Source: Candidatus Bathyarchaeota archaeon
Lineage (GTDB): Archaea; Thermoproteota; CALKCG01; B24
Length of the DNA stretch: 64,000 nt
Reading direction: 5' to 3'
Assembly: GCA_018396755.1 (NCBI GenBank)
Contig: JAGTQM010000004.1
Span: forward strand, 17,099 to 81,098
Positions 1-9,578 of the stretch are shown in pieces. The notes under the pieces are model-generated. The model made no database searches. It was not told the origin of the DNA and was given only the letters and a program-made list of their open reading frames with translations. Position 1 is the first letter of the stretch. The number at the start of each line of letters is the position of its first letter. The position numbers were made by a program, and so were the translations under genes.

Positions 1-2
1 AG

Positions 3-1745
3 GTTAGACTTTTCCGTCCTGAAGACCCTAGACCTGCTTTAAACCATGACTTAGATGTTCTTAGAGATACTGTAGAATCCGAGTTTGGAGTAGGAGCATT
101 CAGAAGAGTAGCAGGTGATGGCGTTATTCTCTTAAATAGGGCTCCTTATGCTGATATTGGCTACGAGGTAATTGGAGATGGCTATCTTCTAGGAAGTCTA
201 TTCTACGATATTAGGTTTTTTAAATGGAGTTTCAAACCCGTTAGAGCTGGCTGTTTAAGGCTTGTTGAAAACGGATACATGGAATCTATTAAGCTTGACA
301 GTTCTCTAATGAAGGGTCAAGAGGTTCCTTTAAAAGTTATAGACCATGGGTATGTAGCCATTGAAGACCAGTATGGTAGGGTTGTAGGAGTTTCCGAGCA
401 GATGGAGAACCGTTTAAGAGTCTTAAACTTGTGGAAGCCGATTGAAAACGTTGAAAATAGGAAGAGGAGCTGTCTACTAGATGCTTTAAAGGCGAATGAG
501 GTTTCCCTCCTCTCAATGGAGTCTAGAGGAGCTGCATCACTATACAAGATGCATATGAGGTTTAAAGGAGATGTCGTTTTATCTTTTTCAGGCGGTAAAG
601 ATAGTCTTGTAAGTTTGAAGTTAACGCTTGAAGCTAATTTAGAGCCTACGATACTTTTTACAGATACGGGTGTTGAACTACCTGAAACGATTTCAAATGT
701 CTACAAAGTTTCCTCGGAATTCGGACTTAAAATGGTTGAGGCAAAAGCTGGAGACGCGTTCTGGAGCGGGTTTAAGCTTTATGGTCCACCGGCGAGAGGG
801 TATAGATGGTGCTGTAAAACATGTAAATTGATACCGACACTTAAACTGTATAAAGACATGTTCAAAGGAAGGTTTTTAACGATAGTTGGGCAGAGGGCTG
901 CAGAATCCAGAGCTAGGCGGAAGAGGGGAAGTGTATGGATAAACTACTGGATACCCGACTGTTTAAATACAACGCCCATCAACAACTGGACTATGCTCCA
1001 TGTCTGGCTGTACATATTTTCAAGGAAACTTGAAAACCTAGTAAACCCGTTATACTTTAAAGGATTGGATAGAATTGGATGTTATACTTGTCCCTACTGT
1101 AATCTGGCTGAGTTTCAAGAAGTTAAACGTCTCCATCCAGAACTATGGGATCGATTAAATGGGGAGGTTGAAGACTGGGCCTTTAAAAACGGTTTTAGCA
1201 ATGATTATGTGAAATTTGCCTTATGGAGGTGGAGGAGAACCCCTAAGAAGATTGAAAAACTCATAAAGTTATCGTTCAAGGACACTATCCGTACATCTCT
1301 TAAAATCGAAACAGTTGAAATTATTAAAGATGCTCTAACCGTTATGCTTAATAGCCTAATACCATTTAATAAAGCGCTGGCATTAGCGTCAACAATAGGG
1401 GGTCTTGAAAAAACATCCGAAGGAGTATTAAAGTATAGAGAAGATGGTGTTTCAATAAGATTGCACTCTAATGGTGTAGTAGAAGCTTATGGTGTTGAAG
1501 GCTCCCCTCTCAAGCCTCTAGTTAAAGTATTGGTGCTCTTAGCAAGATCTATACTATGCTCTAAATGCGGCTCATGCATCTACTGGTGCAATAAAGAGGC
1601 GGTGAAACTGTTTGACGGCTCTATAACTGTAGACGCCGCACGATGTGATGGATGTGGGTTGTGTTCTGATAAGTGCCCTGCGGCTGTTTACTTTATGGAG
1701 GAAAATCTTCCAGTACTGGTTAAAGCCGTTGATTTACGTACCTAG
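3..1745 (+). CDS. Phosphoadenosine phosphosulfate (PAPS) reductase family protein with C-terminal 4Fe-4S ferredoxin domain (5'-truncated by window edge)
   Basis: The frame is open from position 3, upstream of the listed start at 279. Motifs: SFSGGKDS PP-loop, RWCCKTCK, GQRAAES, RIGCYTCP, and C-terminal CxxCxxCxxxC twice. Confidence 0.85.
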   Translation, partial: VRLFRPEDPRPALNHDLDVLRDTVESEFGVGAFRRVAGDGVILLNRAPYADIGYEVIGDGYLLGSLFYDIRFFKWSFKPVRAGCLRLVENGYMESIKLDSSLMKGQEVPLKVIDHGYVAIEDQYGRVVGVSEQMENRLRVLNLWKPIENVENRKRSCLLDALKANEVSLLSMESRGAASLYKMHMRFKGDVVLSFSGGKDSLVSLKLTLEANLEPTILFTDTGVELPETISNVYKVSSEFGLKMVEAKAGDAFWSGFKLYGPPARGYRWCCKTCKLIPTLKLYKDMFKGRFLTIVGQRAAESRARRKRGSVWINYWIPDCLNTTPINNWTMLHVWLYIFSRKLENLVNPLYFKGLDRIGCYTCPYCNLAEFQEVKRLHPELWDRLNGEVEDWAFKNGFSNDYVKFALWRWRRTPKKIEKLIKLSFKDTIRTSLKIETVEIIKDALTVMLNSLIPFNKALALASTIGGLEKTSEGVLKYREDGVSIRLHSNGVVEAYGVEGSPLKPLVKVLVLLARSILCSKCGSCIYWCNKEAVKLFDGSITVDAARCDGCGLCSDKCPAAVYFMEENLPVLVKAVDLRT

Positions 1746-1824
1746 AGTCTAATGGAGATTTTAAAAACTTTTAAGCGAGGATTAACCTAGTAAACTACGT
1801 TTAAGTTTAGGGAGATGATATCCG

Positions 1825-2379
1825 ATGTGGGAAATCTTCTGGCTTGGCAGAGCTGGTCAAGGTGTTATAACCGCTGGTCACATTCTATCCGCAGCCGCTA
1901 TTAAAGAAGGGAAGCACGTTCAAGCGTTTCCACAGTTTGGTGCTGAGAGGCTTGGCGCTCCTGTAAGAGGATACACTAGGATAAGTGATGAACCTATAGA
2001 AATTCACAGTTCTATATCTAAGCCTGACGCCGCCGTCATAATGGATGTAAACCTCTTAAGAGACTTAGTTAAAAGCGGAAGCTTACCGGAAGCCAAACTC
2101 TTAGTAGTAAATAATGGTGGTGATAAGCAGCTTGCAAAGCAGATCGGAAGCCAAAGGTCGAACGTGTGGACTGTTAATGCTACTGGAATATCTATGAACA
2201 TATTTGGTAGAGTAATAGTGAATACTCCTATGGTAGGCGCTTTAATCAAAGTCATGCCTATAGTCTCCCTAAAATCGGTTGAAGAAGCCATTATGGAGAG
2301 GTTTAAAGGTGCTTTAGGTGAGAGGAATGTTGAAGCAGTACGTAAGGCATACGAGTCTGTGGAGGAGGTTAAACCATGA
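1825..2379 (+). CDS. porC: Pyruvate/2-oxoacid:ferredoxin oxidoreductase gamma subunit
   Basis: GRAGQGVITA, AFPQFGAERLGAPV, VNTPMVGAL; first gene of a four-gene operon. Confidence 0.92.
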   Translation: MWEIFWLGRAGQGVITAGHILSAAAIKEGKHVQAFPQFGAERLGAPVRGYTRISDEPIEIHSSISKPDAAVIMDVNLLRDLVKSGSLPEAKLLVVNNGGDKQLAKQIGSQRSNVWTVNATGISMNIFGRVIVNTPMVGALIKVMPIVSLKSVEEAIMERFKGALGERNVEAVRKAYESVEEVKP

Positions 2380-2642
2380 GCAAATATGACGTAGTAATGG
2401 GAGCGATAATACCTAAGCCTAGAAGCTCTATTGAAAATAAAACTGGCGGATGGAGGACTAGAAAACCGGTCATAGATGTGCAGAAGTGTGTAAACTGTTT
2501 AATATGTTGGATCTACTGTCCAGACACAAGTATTATCAGACTTGAGAAGTATGTTGCAGTAAACTACGACTATTGTAAGGGATGCGGCATATGCGCTGAA
2601 GAATGCCCCAGAAAAGCCATAACGATGGTAGAGGAGGGTTAA
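2376..2642 (+). CDS. porD: Pyruvate:ferredoxin oxidoreductase delta subunit (2x 4Fe-4S)
   Basis: KTGGWRTRKP, CVNCLICWIYCP, YDYCKGCGICAEECP; ATGA overlap with the gamma subunit gene. Confidence 0.93.
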   Translation: MSKYDVVMGAIIPKPRSSIENKTGGWRTRKPVIDVQKCVNCLICWIYCPDTSIIRLEKYVAVNYDYCKGCGICAEECPRKAITMVEEG

Positions 2643-2645
2643 CAG

Positions 2646-3827
2646 ATGGTTAGACGCTTAGGTTTAACGGGGAACGAAGCAATAGCGTATGCCGTTAAAC
2701 AATGCGATGTAGGCCTCGTATCTGCCTATCCGATAACGCCGCAAACGATAATAGTTGAGAGGATAAGCGATTACGTTGCCAATGGGGAAATAGATACAGA
2801 GTTCGTATGTGTGGAATCTGAACATTCAGCACTTTCAGCATGTATCGGTGCTAGTTTAACCGGTTTAAGAGTGTTCACTGCTACAGCTAGCCAAGGCTTA
2901 GCCTTAATGCATGAAGTTCTCTACGCGACTTCTGGATTAAGATGTCCGATAGTCATGGCCGTGGCCAACAGAGCTCTATCTGCACCGTTAAACATACACG
3001 GCGACCACTCGGATATGATGGGCTCTAGAGACTGTGGTTGGATTCAGATATTTGCAGAGAATGTTCAAGAAGCCTACGATTGGACCATTCAATCGTTTAA
3101 GATAGCTGAACATCCTGATGTCCAACTTCCTGTAGCTGTGAATATAGATGGATTCACTTTAACCCACTGCTTAGAAGACATAGAGGTTTTAGAGAAGGAG
3201 GACGTTGAAAAGTTTCTACCCCCTAGAAAACCGATATATCGTATAGACCCTGAGAAGCCTATGACCTTTGGAGCATGGGCTATGCCTGAGTATTACTACA
3301 AGTTTAAACTTCAACAGCAGGAGGCTATGGAAAATAGCATTAAGGTGTTTAAGCAAGTAGCTGATGAATACGGTAAACTTACTGGTAGAAATTATGGAGT
3401 AATTCAAAGCTACGGCTTAGAAGGATCAAAGGTAGCAATTATGGCTCTTGGAAGCACATGTGGAACGTTAAGACACGTTGCCAAGATACTTAGGGAGACT
3501 AAGGGGCTTAAAGTAGGGGTCATAAAACTCTGGCTTTACAGACCAATACCTGAAGACGACTTTATATCAACCGTTGAAAACGTAGAAACTCTAATAGTTT
3601 TAGATAGAGCATTAAGCCCTGGAGCTGTATTCGGACCCCTTGGAAGCGACGTAGCTTCAATGATCGTTAAGCGTAATTTAGACTTTAGGCTTCTAAACTA
3701 CACCTATGGTCTGGGTGGAGATGAAGTTTCCATGGATCTCGCTGACAAGCTTCTTAGATTGGCTGTGAAAGTAGCGGAGGGCGTTAAACCTACTAGTTTA
3801 ACTGGATATTTGAGGGAGGTTGTGTGA
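2646..3827 (+). CDS. porA: Pyruvate:ferredoxin oxidoreductase alpha subunit
   Basis: GNEAIA, AYPITPQT, VESEHSA, TATASQGLALMHE, NRALSAPLNIHGDHSD. Confidence 0.93.
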   Translation: MVRRLGLTGNEAIAYAVKQCDVGLVSAYPITPQTIIVERISDYVANGEIDTEFVCVESEHSALSACIGASLTGLRVFTATASQGLALMHEVLYATSGLRCPIVMAVANRALSAPLNIHGDHSDMMGSRDCGWIQIFAENVQEAYDWTIQSFKIAEHPDVQLPVAVNIDGFTLTHCLEDIEVLEKEDVEKFLPPRKPIYRIDPEKPMTFGAWAMPEYYYKFKLQQQEAMENSIKVFKQVADEYGKLTGRNYGVIQSYGLEGSKVAIMALGSTCGTLRHVAKILRETKGLKVGVIKLWLYRPIPEDDFISTVENVETLIVLDRALSPGAVFGPLGSDVASMIVKRNLDFRLLNYTYGLGGDEVSMDLADKLLRLAVKVAEGVKPTSLTGYLREVV

Positions 3828-4752
3828 AATGGTTACGATAAGAGAAGTCCCATTGGGAGAGTATTGGGGGCCTGGACATAGTGCATGTGCGGGATGTGGT
3901 CCATCGATAACCATTAGGTTGATACTTAAGGCCTTGAGAAGACCAACAGTAGTAGTTACGCCGACCGGATGTATGGAGATCGTTTCAAGCTCCTACCCGC
4001 AGACCGCTTGGGGTATACCATGGATTCATGTGCTTTTTGAAAACGCCGCTGCTGTAGCTTCGGGAATAGAAGCCGCGTATAAGTACATGGCTAAAAAGGG
4101 TCTCCTTGAGGAGAAAGTTGATGTAGTTGTGATAGCTGGTGATGGAGGTACCTTCGACATAGGTATACAGGCGCTTTCAGGCGCTTTAGAGAGGTGGCAT
4201 AAATTCACATACATATGTTACGATAATGAAGCCTACATGAACACTGGGATTCAGAGGTCTAGTGCCACGCCGAAGGGTGCGGCGACAACTACGAGTCCAG
4301 CTGGAGAGGTTATACCCGGTAAGCTAGAGTATAAGAAAAACCTGATAGAGATAGCTGTTGCCCATCACATACCATATGCCGCTACCGGTACGATAGCCTA
4401 CTGGAGCGACTTGATGGAGAAGGTTCGTAAATCCTTGGAGGCTGACGGACCTGCTGTACTACACTTCCTAGCTCCATGTCCGTTGGGTTGGAGATTTGAC
4501 CCATCTCAAACCGTTAAATTATCTAGACTTGCCGTTCAGACTAGGTACTTCCCAATCTACGAGGTTGAAAATGAAGTTTACAAATTGAACGTTAAAGTCG
4601 CTAAGCCTCTACCTGTCGAGGAGTTTCTAAAACCTCAGGGAAGATTCAGACACCTATTCACGCCGAAGTTTAAACATGTCATAGAAGATATTCAAAAAAA
4701 TGTAGATGGAAACTGGAAGAATCTTCTGGAGAAGTGCACTGTGGAAAAATAA
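3820..4752 (+). CDS. porB: Pyruvate:ferredoxin oxidoreductase beta subunit (TPP-binding)
   Basis: GHSACAGCG, TGCME, GDGGTFDIG, YDNEAYMNTGIQRS, PCPLGW. Confidence 0.93.
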   Translation: MCEMVTIREVPLGEYWGPGHSACAGCGPSITIRLILKALRRPTVVVTPTGCMEIVSSSYPQTAWGIPWIHVLFENAAAVASGIEAAYKYMAKKGLLEEKVDVVVIAGDGGTFDIGIQALSGALERWHKFTYICYDNEAYMNTGIQRSSATPKGAATTTSPAGEVIPGKLEYKKNLIEIAVAHHIPYAATGTIAYWSDLMEKVRKSLEADGPAVLHFLAPCPLGWRFDPSQTVKLSRLAVQTRYFPIYEVENEVYKLNVKVAKPLPVEEFLKPQGRFRHLFTPKFKHVIEDIQKNVDGNWKNLLEKCTVEK

Positions 4753-4761
4753 AGGTTAGGT

Positions 4762-6435
4762 TTAATCTGAAGTCTCCTCTTCTTTTTCTCCTGGAGGCTT
4801 TGGCGGTTTTTCTTCTTTAATCTTGCCAGCTGCTATGACATCGTCTATTCTAAGTATGCTTGTTGCTGCTTCAACTGCGGATTTTATGATCTGCTCTTTA
4901 ACGGCTAAAGGCTCTAAAACCTCAAGCTTATGCATGTCTGCAGTTTTTCCGTTTAAAACATCTACACCATACCATATATTGCCTTTTTCATGAATTGTTC
5001 TAAGCTCTACGATGGCGTCGATAGGCTCTAAGCCTGCGTTTTCAGCTAAGACCGACGGTATGACCTCTAAAGCTTCAGCGAACTTGAGGACTGCAAGCTG
5101 CTCTTTACCCGATAAGCCTTCAGACCACCTTCTGATTCTTAAACTCAACTCGAGTTCCGGAGCACCACCACCAGCTACTATGGCAGGGCTTTGTACGGCA
5201 TCTTTAACAACGCAGAGAGCGTCGTGAATACTCCTCTCAGCTTCTTCGACGACCTTATCGGCTCCACCCCTTATTAGGATTGTGACGCTTCTAGGATTCT
5301 TACAACCTTCTATGAAAACCCATTTGTCTTCTCCCACTTTACGCTCTTCAACTAATTTAGCGTAGCCGAGGTCTTCAGGCTTCAAATCCTCAATATCTGT
5401 GACTATTCTAGCCCCTGTAGCTCTTGACATCTTCCTCATGTCTGATTCTTTAACCCTTCTAACGGCTAGTATCCCTCTCTTAGCTAGGAAGTGCTGAGCC
5501 ATATCGTCTATACCCTTCTGACATACTACAACATTAGCACCCGTATCCGCTATTTTATCAACCATATTCTTAAGCATCTTAGTCTCCTGTTCGAGGAAGG
5601 CTCTTATCTGGTCTGGCCTCTCTATCTGGATTTTCGCATCTATCTCAGTCTTCTCTATTTCAAGTGGGCAGTTTAACAGAGCGATTTTAGCCTCCTTAAC
5701 GGTTTTAGGCATACCTGGGTGGACAACTTCCTTATCTAACACTATACCTTGAATAAGCCTTGTAGCTGTTATATCTTCCCCGGCTTTCTTCTCAACCTTT
5801 ATATCGTCTAAGTCGACTCTATAGCCTTCCTCATTCCTCTCAGCCACTTGTAGAATTGCATTCACCACAAGGTCAGCTAGAAACTCCTTGTTTTCAGCTA
5901 TAGCTTTTGTACCCAAAGAGGTCATAGCTACTTTCTTCAAAACTTCCCTATCCTCAGAACAAACCTTAATAGCGATTTCTCTTAAAACTTCAAGGGCTCT
6001 GTTAGCAGCAGCTTCATAGCCTTCAGTTATAACGCTTGGATGAATGTTTAAATCCAGTAAATCTTGAGCTTTTAATAGGAGTTCGCCTGTTAGAACTACT
6101 ACTGAAGTCGTTCCATCACCAACTTCGTTGTCCGTGGCTTTAGCTATTTCAACCATCATTTTAGCCACGGGGTGTTGTACATCCATCTCTTTAAGAATAG
6201 TGGCTCCGTCATTGGTTATCGTAACATCTCCTAGGCTATCTACAATCATCTTATCCATGCCTTTAGGACCCAGGGAAGTTTTAATCATTTCTGCAACTGT
6301 TCTGGCAGCCATTATATTAGTTGATAGAGCTTCCCTACCCCTCGTCCTAGAAGTCCCCTCTTTAAGGATTAATACTGGTTGACCGCTTTCAGTAACAACC
6401 GGTATTGCTTCCATAGATGTCATAAGTTCTATCAC
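4762..6435 (-). CDS. ths: Thermosome (group II chaperonin) subunit
   Basis: [37 protein letters not shown]; the true start may be a few codons downstream. Confidence 0.96.
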   Translation of the reverse strand: MIELMTSMEAIPVVTESGQPVLILKEGTSRTRGREALSTNIMAARTVAEMIKTSLGPKGMDKMIVDSLGDVTITNDGATILKEMDVQHPVAKMMVEIAKATDNEVGDGTTSVVVLTGELLLKAQDLLDLNIHPSVITEGYEAAANRALEVLREIAIKVCSEDREVLKKVAMTSLGTKAIAENKEFLADLVVNAILQVAERNEEGYRVDLDDIKVEKKAGEDITATRLIQGIVLDKEVVHPGMPKTVKEAKIALLNCPLEIEKTEIDAKIQIERPDQIRAFLEQETKMLKNMVDKIADTGANVVVCQKGIDDMAQHFLAKRGILAVRRVKESDMRKMSRATGARIVTDIEDLKPEDLGYAKLVEERKVGEDKWVFIEGCKNPRSVTILIRGGADKVVEEAERSIHDALCVVKDAVQSPAIVAGGGAPELELSLRIRRWSEGLSGKEQLAVLKFAEALEVIPSVLAENAGLEPIDAIVELRTIHEKGNIWYGVDVLNGKTADMHKLEVLEPLAVKEQIIKSAVEAATSILRIDDVIAAGKIKEEKPPKPPGEKEEETSD

Positions 6436-6670
6436 CTAAGACTTCAGAGAAGAAAAAAGAGAAATATAAAGATTTATCCAAAAAGACCCATATTCTTCAA
6501 TAAAACTTCGGGAACTCCTCCCTTTTTTACTTTTTTCTCAGCCCTAATATGGTTGACATTTTAATTCCCAGATGTAATAATTGGGTATCGAATTATACAT
6601 CCATCTGTCAGTTGATGTTTAACAATAGAAGCTTGGTTACGTAAATAATTCTACGGAGAGATAAACTCTA

Positions 6671-7270
6671 CTATCTATACTCTTCCCTATCTTTTCTCAG
6701 TTTAGACTCTGTTTTCATAGGAACTGTTTTAGATTTTGAAAGTCTAAATTTATATCTATCTCTTTCAACTTCTATTCTCAGAGGTACGTTTCTAATAGTT
6801 GTTGAAAGTTTTTTAACTGTTTCAAAGTCTATTGGCGTTCTTTTACCCATGTAGGAAATGACGACTTTAACTTCATTAGTCCCGTCTGGAAGCCAAATTC
6901 TATTAATAGTCCTTATACTTGCGGGTGCGAGAAGCTCCTCCAAAAACTCCCTAAAGCTACTTCTATAGCTTAAGACTCTAACCTTTTTACTGAAGATTTC
7001 ACCAAGTTCTCTAATAGCTCTACCGCCTTTAGATATAAGCTTAGCAACATCCTTCTGATCCACCAAGATGGCTAAAACATCGTCGACCATGTAGGCCTTG
7101 TAAAACGTAACATCTTGGAGCAGTTGACGATGTTGAGCTTCAAGCTTCAGAAGAGCTTTAGCAACTTCTACATCCAACTCTGAAATGACACCCATTTTAA
7201 GCTTCTCTTCACAACTTGAACATAGTGTCCCAGTTTTTAAGTCGAAGAGGCATACTGGTGTCTTGACCAC
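6671..7270 (-). CDS. Archaeal NusA-like KH-domain protein (NusA2-type, N-terminal Cys cluster)
   Basis: PVCLFDLKTGTLCSSC N-terminus, KH-like LISKGGRAIRELG, INRIWLPDG. Confidence 0.75.
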   Translation of the reverse strand: MVKTPVCLFDLKTGTLCSSCEEKLKMGVISELDVEVAKALLKLEAQHRQLLQDVTFYKAYMVDDVLAILVDQKDVAKLISKGGRAIRELGEIFSKKVRVLSYRSSFREFLEELLAPASIRTINRIWLPDGTNEVKVVISYMGKRTPIDFETVKKLSTTIRNVPLRIEVERDRYKFRLSKSKTVPMKTESKLRKDREEYR

Positions 7271-7356
7271 ATCTATCTACCTTCTATAATCTCTTATCTT
7301 ACTTATGAGAATATTTTTACTCGATAAATATGTTTCGCTCAAATCAACGAATTGAT

Positions 7357-7417
7357 AGAGCTTAGCCGGTCGTTCCATCATCAGAACTCAGCTCTATATT
7401 AAAAACATCACAGCCCC
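7357..7417 (-). ncRNA. Possible second, more degenerate C/D-box sRNA
   Basis: Minus strand: GGGGCT-GTGATGT(C-like)-13 nt-CTGA(D')-GTTC-TGATGA(C')-TGGAACGACCGG-CTAA(D-like)-GCTCT. The ends can pair with G-U pairs. Confidence 0.4.
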
Positions 7418-7480
7418 AAACATATATATTAGAAACTGGTTAAAATTAATTTTACAGCATACTTTCTCTCAAGCTTGAAA

Positions 7481-7550
7481 ATGGTTCAGAGTCTGCTCGC
7501 TGTATTCATCCACAGAAGTGTCGTTAGACAGTGTCGCTCATCATCACCAT
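7481..7550 (-). ncRNA. Box C/D guide sRNA candidate
   Basis: Minus strand: ATGGT-GATGATGA(box C)-GCGACACTGT-CTAA(D')-...-TGGATGA(C')-ATACAGCGAGCAGACT-CTGA(box D)-ACCAT. It has a perfect 5-bp terminal stem, is 70 nt long and is intergenic. Confidence 0.65.
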
Positions 7551-7689
7551 AATTTCCAATGTCATCACATACTTTTAACTTTTATTGTTCTCTACGTTTA
7601 ACCACTTCCTTCCAAAAAGTTTGTTACGTAATTAAAAACTCACCATCTTCAGAGTACCTTAAATATATTGTCAGATAGGAGGGGTCGAG

Positions 7690-7916
7690 AAAGATTCTTA
7701 AAAGCCTCATCCTCCAGACCGACCTTGGAAACGAGTTTTGCTGCTAGTTTTCTAACCCTCTCAACCAGTTTAAGAGTTCTTCGGCATCCAATCCTCTTTG
7801 TAAAGAAGCTTTATTCTCCTTGAGGTCTACGATTACGTAGTTATGAGGTTTAATCCCAAGTTTTTCCCTCAAAGTCTTGGAGGGAGCACTATCTACCCCT
7901 TAAGTCCAACTTTCAA
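7690..7916 (-). pseudogene. Decayed AbrB/MazE/SpoVT-family antitoxin gene
   Basis: Reads MKVGLKG*IVLP / KTLREKLGIKPHNYVIVDLKENK with a TAG where Q is expected, plus frameshifts. Confidence 0.7.
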
Positions 7917-8073
7917 TCTAAGCTTAACCATAAGTATCACAAAGTATTACTATTAGGTTTAACAACCTCACTCTATTCTATTCATTAAATTAGATACGTA
8001 CAAGTTGAAATACCTAATCGCAGTATTTGAGAAGGCTTTTAACCTATTAAAAACTATTCTTTATAGGGGTTTA

Positions 8074-9417
8074 ATGGATTCTAGAGAGAAGATAACTCTT
8101 CTTGGAGGGGGAAGCCCCTTCATCCCATCCATGATTTACGTGATGCTTGAGAATAAAGAGGTTCTCGAGGACAGTGAAGTATGTCTTATGGATATAGACT
8201 CTACACGTCTTCCGTTGCTGACAAAACTAGCTGAGGAATTTTCTAGAAGAGCGAATGTTAAAATGACGTTTACTTGGACTACAGATCCTAGGGAGGCTCT
8301 TGATGGAGCTACGTTTGTTATGCCTGGTTATAGAATAGGCGGTGCGAAGCATATGATGTTTGATTTCGAAATACCGATGAAGTATGGAATATGTGGCGAT
8401 GAGACTGCTGGTCCCGGAGGCACGTTTATGGCTCAATGTACTATTCCGACTACTCTTGAATACTGTAGGATGATAGAGGATTTATGTCCAGATGCTTGGG
8501 TTATAAGCTACGTTAATCCTACGAATTTCGTAGCAGATGCCGTTCGAAGAGTAACGAAGGTGAAGTTTATCGCCATTTGCGACTGCTTCGCCGGCTTCGC
8601 TATGAGAACTCTCCCCGTGTGGTTGAACATGCCTCCGTTCGAGAGGAGATACTGCGTTAATGAAGATATAAGACCGCGTGCAATAGGCGTAAATCATAAC
8701 ACTTGGCTTGTAGACCTTCTAGTTAATGGGGAAGATGGCTATCCCTTACTCAGAAGTATACTTAGAAAATACAAGGAGAGTAGAGAGAAGGGCGTTCCAG
8801 TGTCTTTCCGAGGACCAGACGATTTTACAATGCGTCTCTTTGAAACATACGGCTATGTAAACATCTGTGCATATCACTGTCACATGTACTGGGAGCACAA
8901 TAAAGCTATGGAGATTAGGAAGAGAATACCTGAAGCGTCTCTATTGGGATAGTCTAAGTCGGCTTGGGACTTCGTCAACGAAATGCTTGCTGGCGCCGAC
9001 TACGATTCTAACCGCCCAGAATATTGCTTCCACTTACACCACGCTAGACATGCTATAGGGATAATGGTCAGCATTATCGCCAACGAGGGACGCGAATGGG
9101 GAGGCATAAACTTTCCAAATAATGGCGCCATAGGAAATCTACCTAGGAACGCCATAGTGGAAGGTCTATGTATAGTTGATAGAAGAGGAATAACGCCAAT
9201 AGTCGTAGGAGATCTTCCAAAACCATTACTAGGACTTACACTGCATACTTTAAACTGGCAAGAGCTTACAGTAGATGCAGTTCTTACAGGAGATAAAGCC
9301 CTCTTATATCAAGCTCTTCTGGCATGTCCCTATGTTCACGATATGGAAGCCGCTAGAAAGATAATGAACGATCTTCTAATAGCTCACGCAGAGTTCATGC
9401 CACAGTTTAAGAAATAG
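8074..9417 (+). pseudogene. Glycoside hydrolase family 4 (NAD+/Mn-dependent), interrupted by a single in-frame TAG at 8950-8952
   Basis: LLGGGS, GDETAGPGG, NPTN, GVNHNTW and C-terminal ALLACP..MPQF. ORFs 8005..8952 and 8983..9417 are in the same frame (LLG*SKSAWDFVNEML). Confidence 0.85.
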
Positions 9418-9578
9418 CCGTAAGCAATTTGAAAAGAGGTCTTCAGAAGATACTATTTGAACGTTATATCTCCAACTATTTTTAAACTCTTTCTATATAT
9501 AGTCGTCTACAAGTTAGAATTGTTAATTTAACCGTTAAATATAAATAATTCCCTAAGATAACTTAATTTACGGTTGAA

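Noticed and set aside
9530-9576. Imperfect inverted repeat AACCGTTAAAT...ATTTACGGTT upstream of transporter paralogue 1 as a shared sugar-regulon operator
   Set aside because: Not found upstream of the other paralogues or sugar genes by eye, so no regulon can be claimed.
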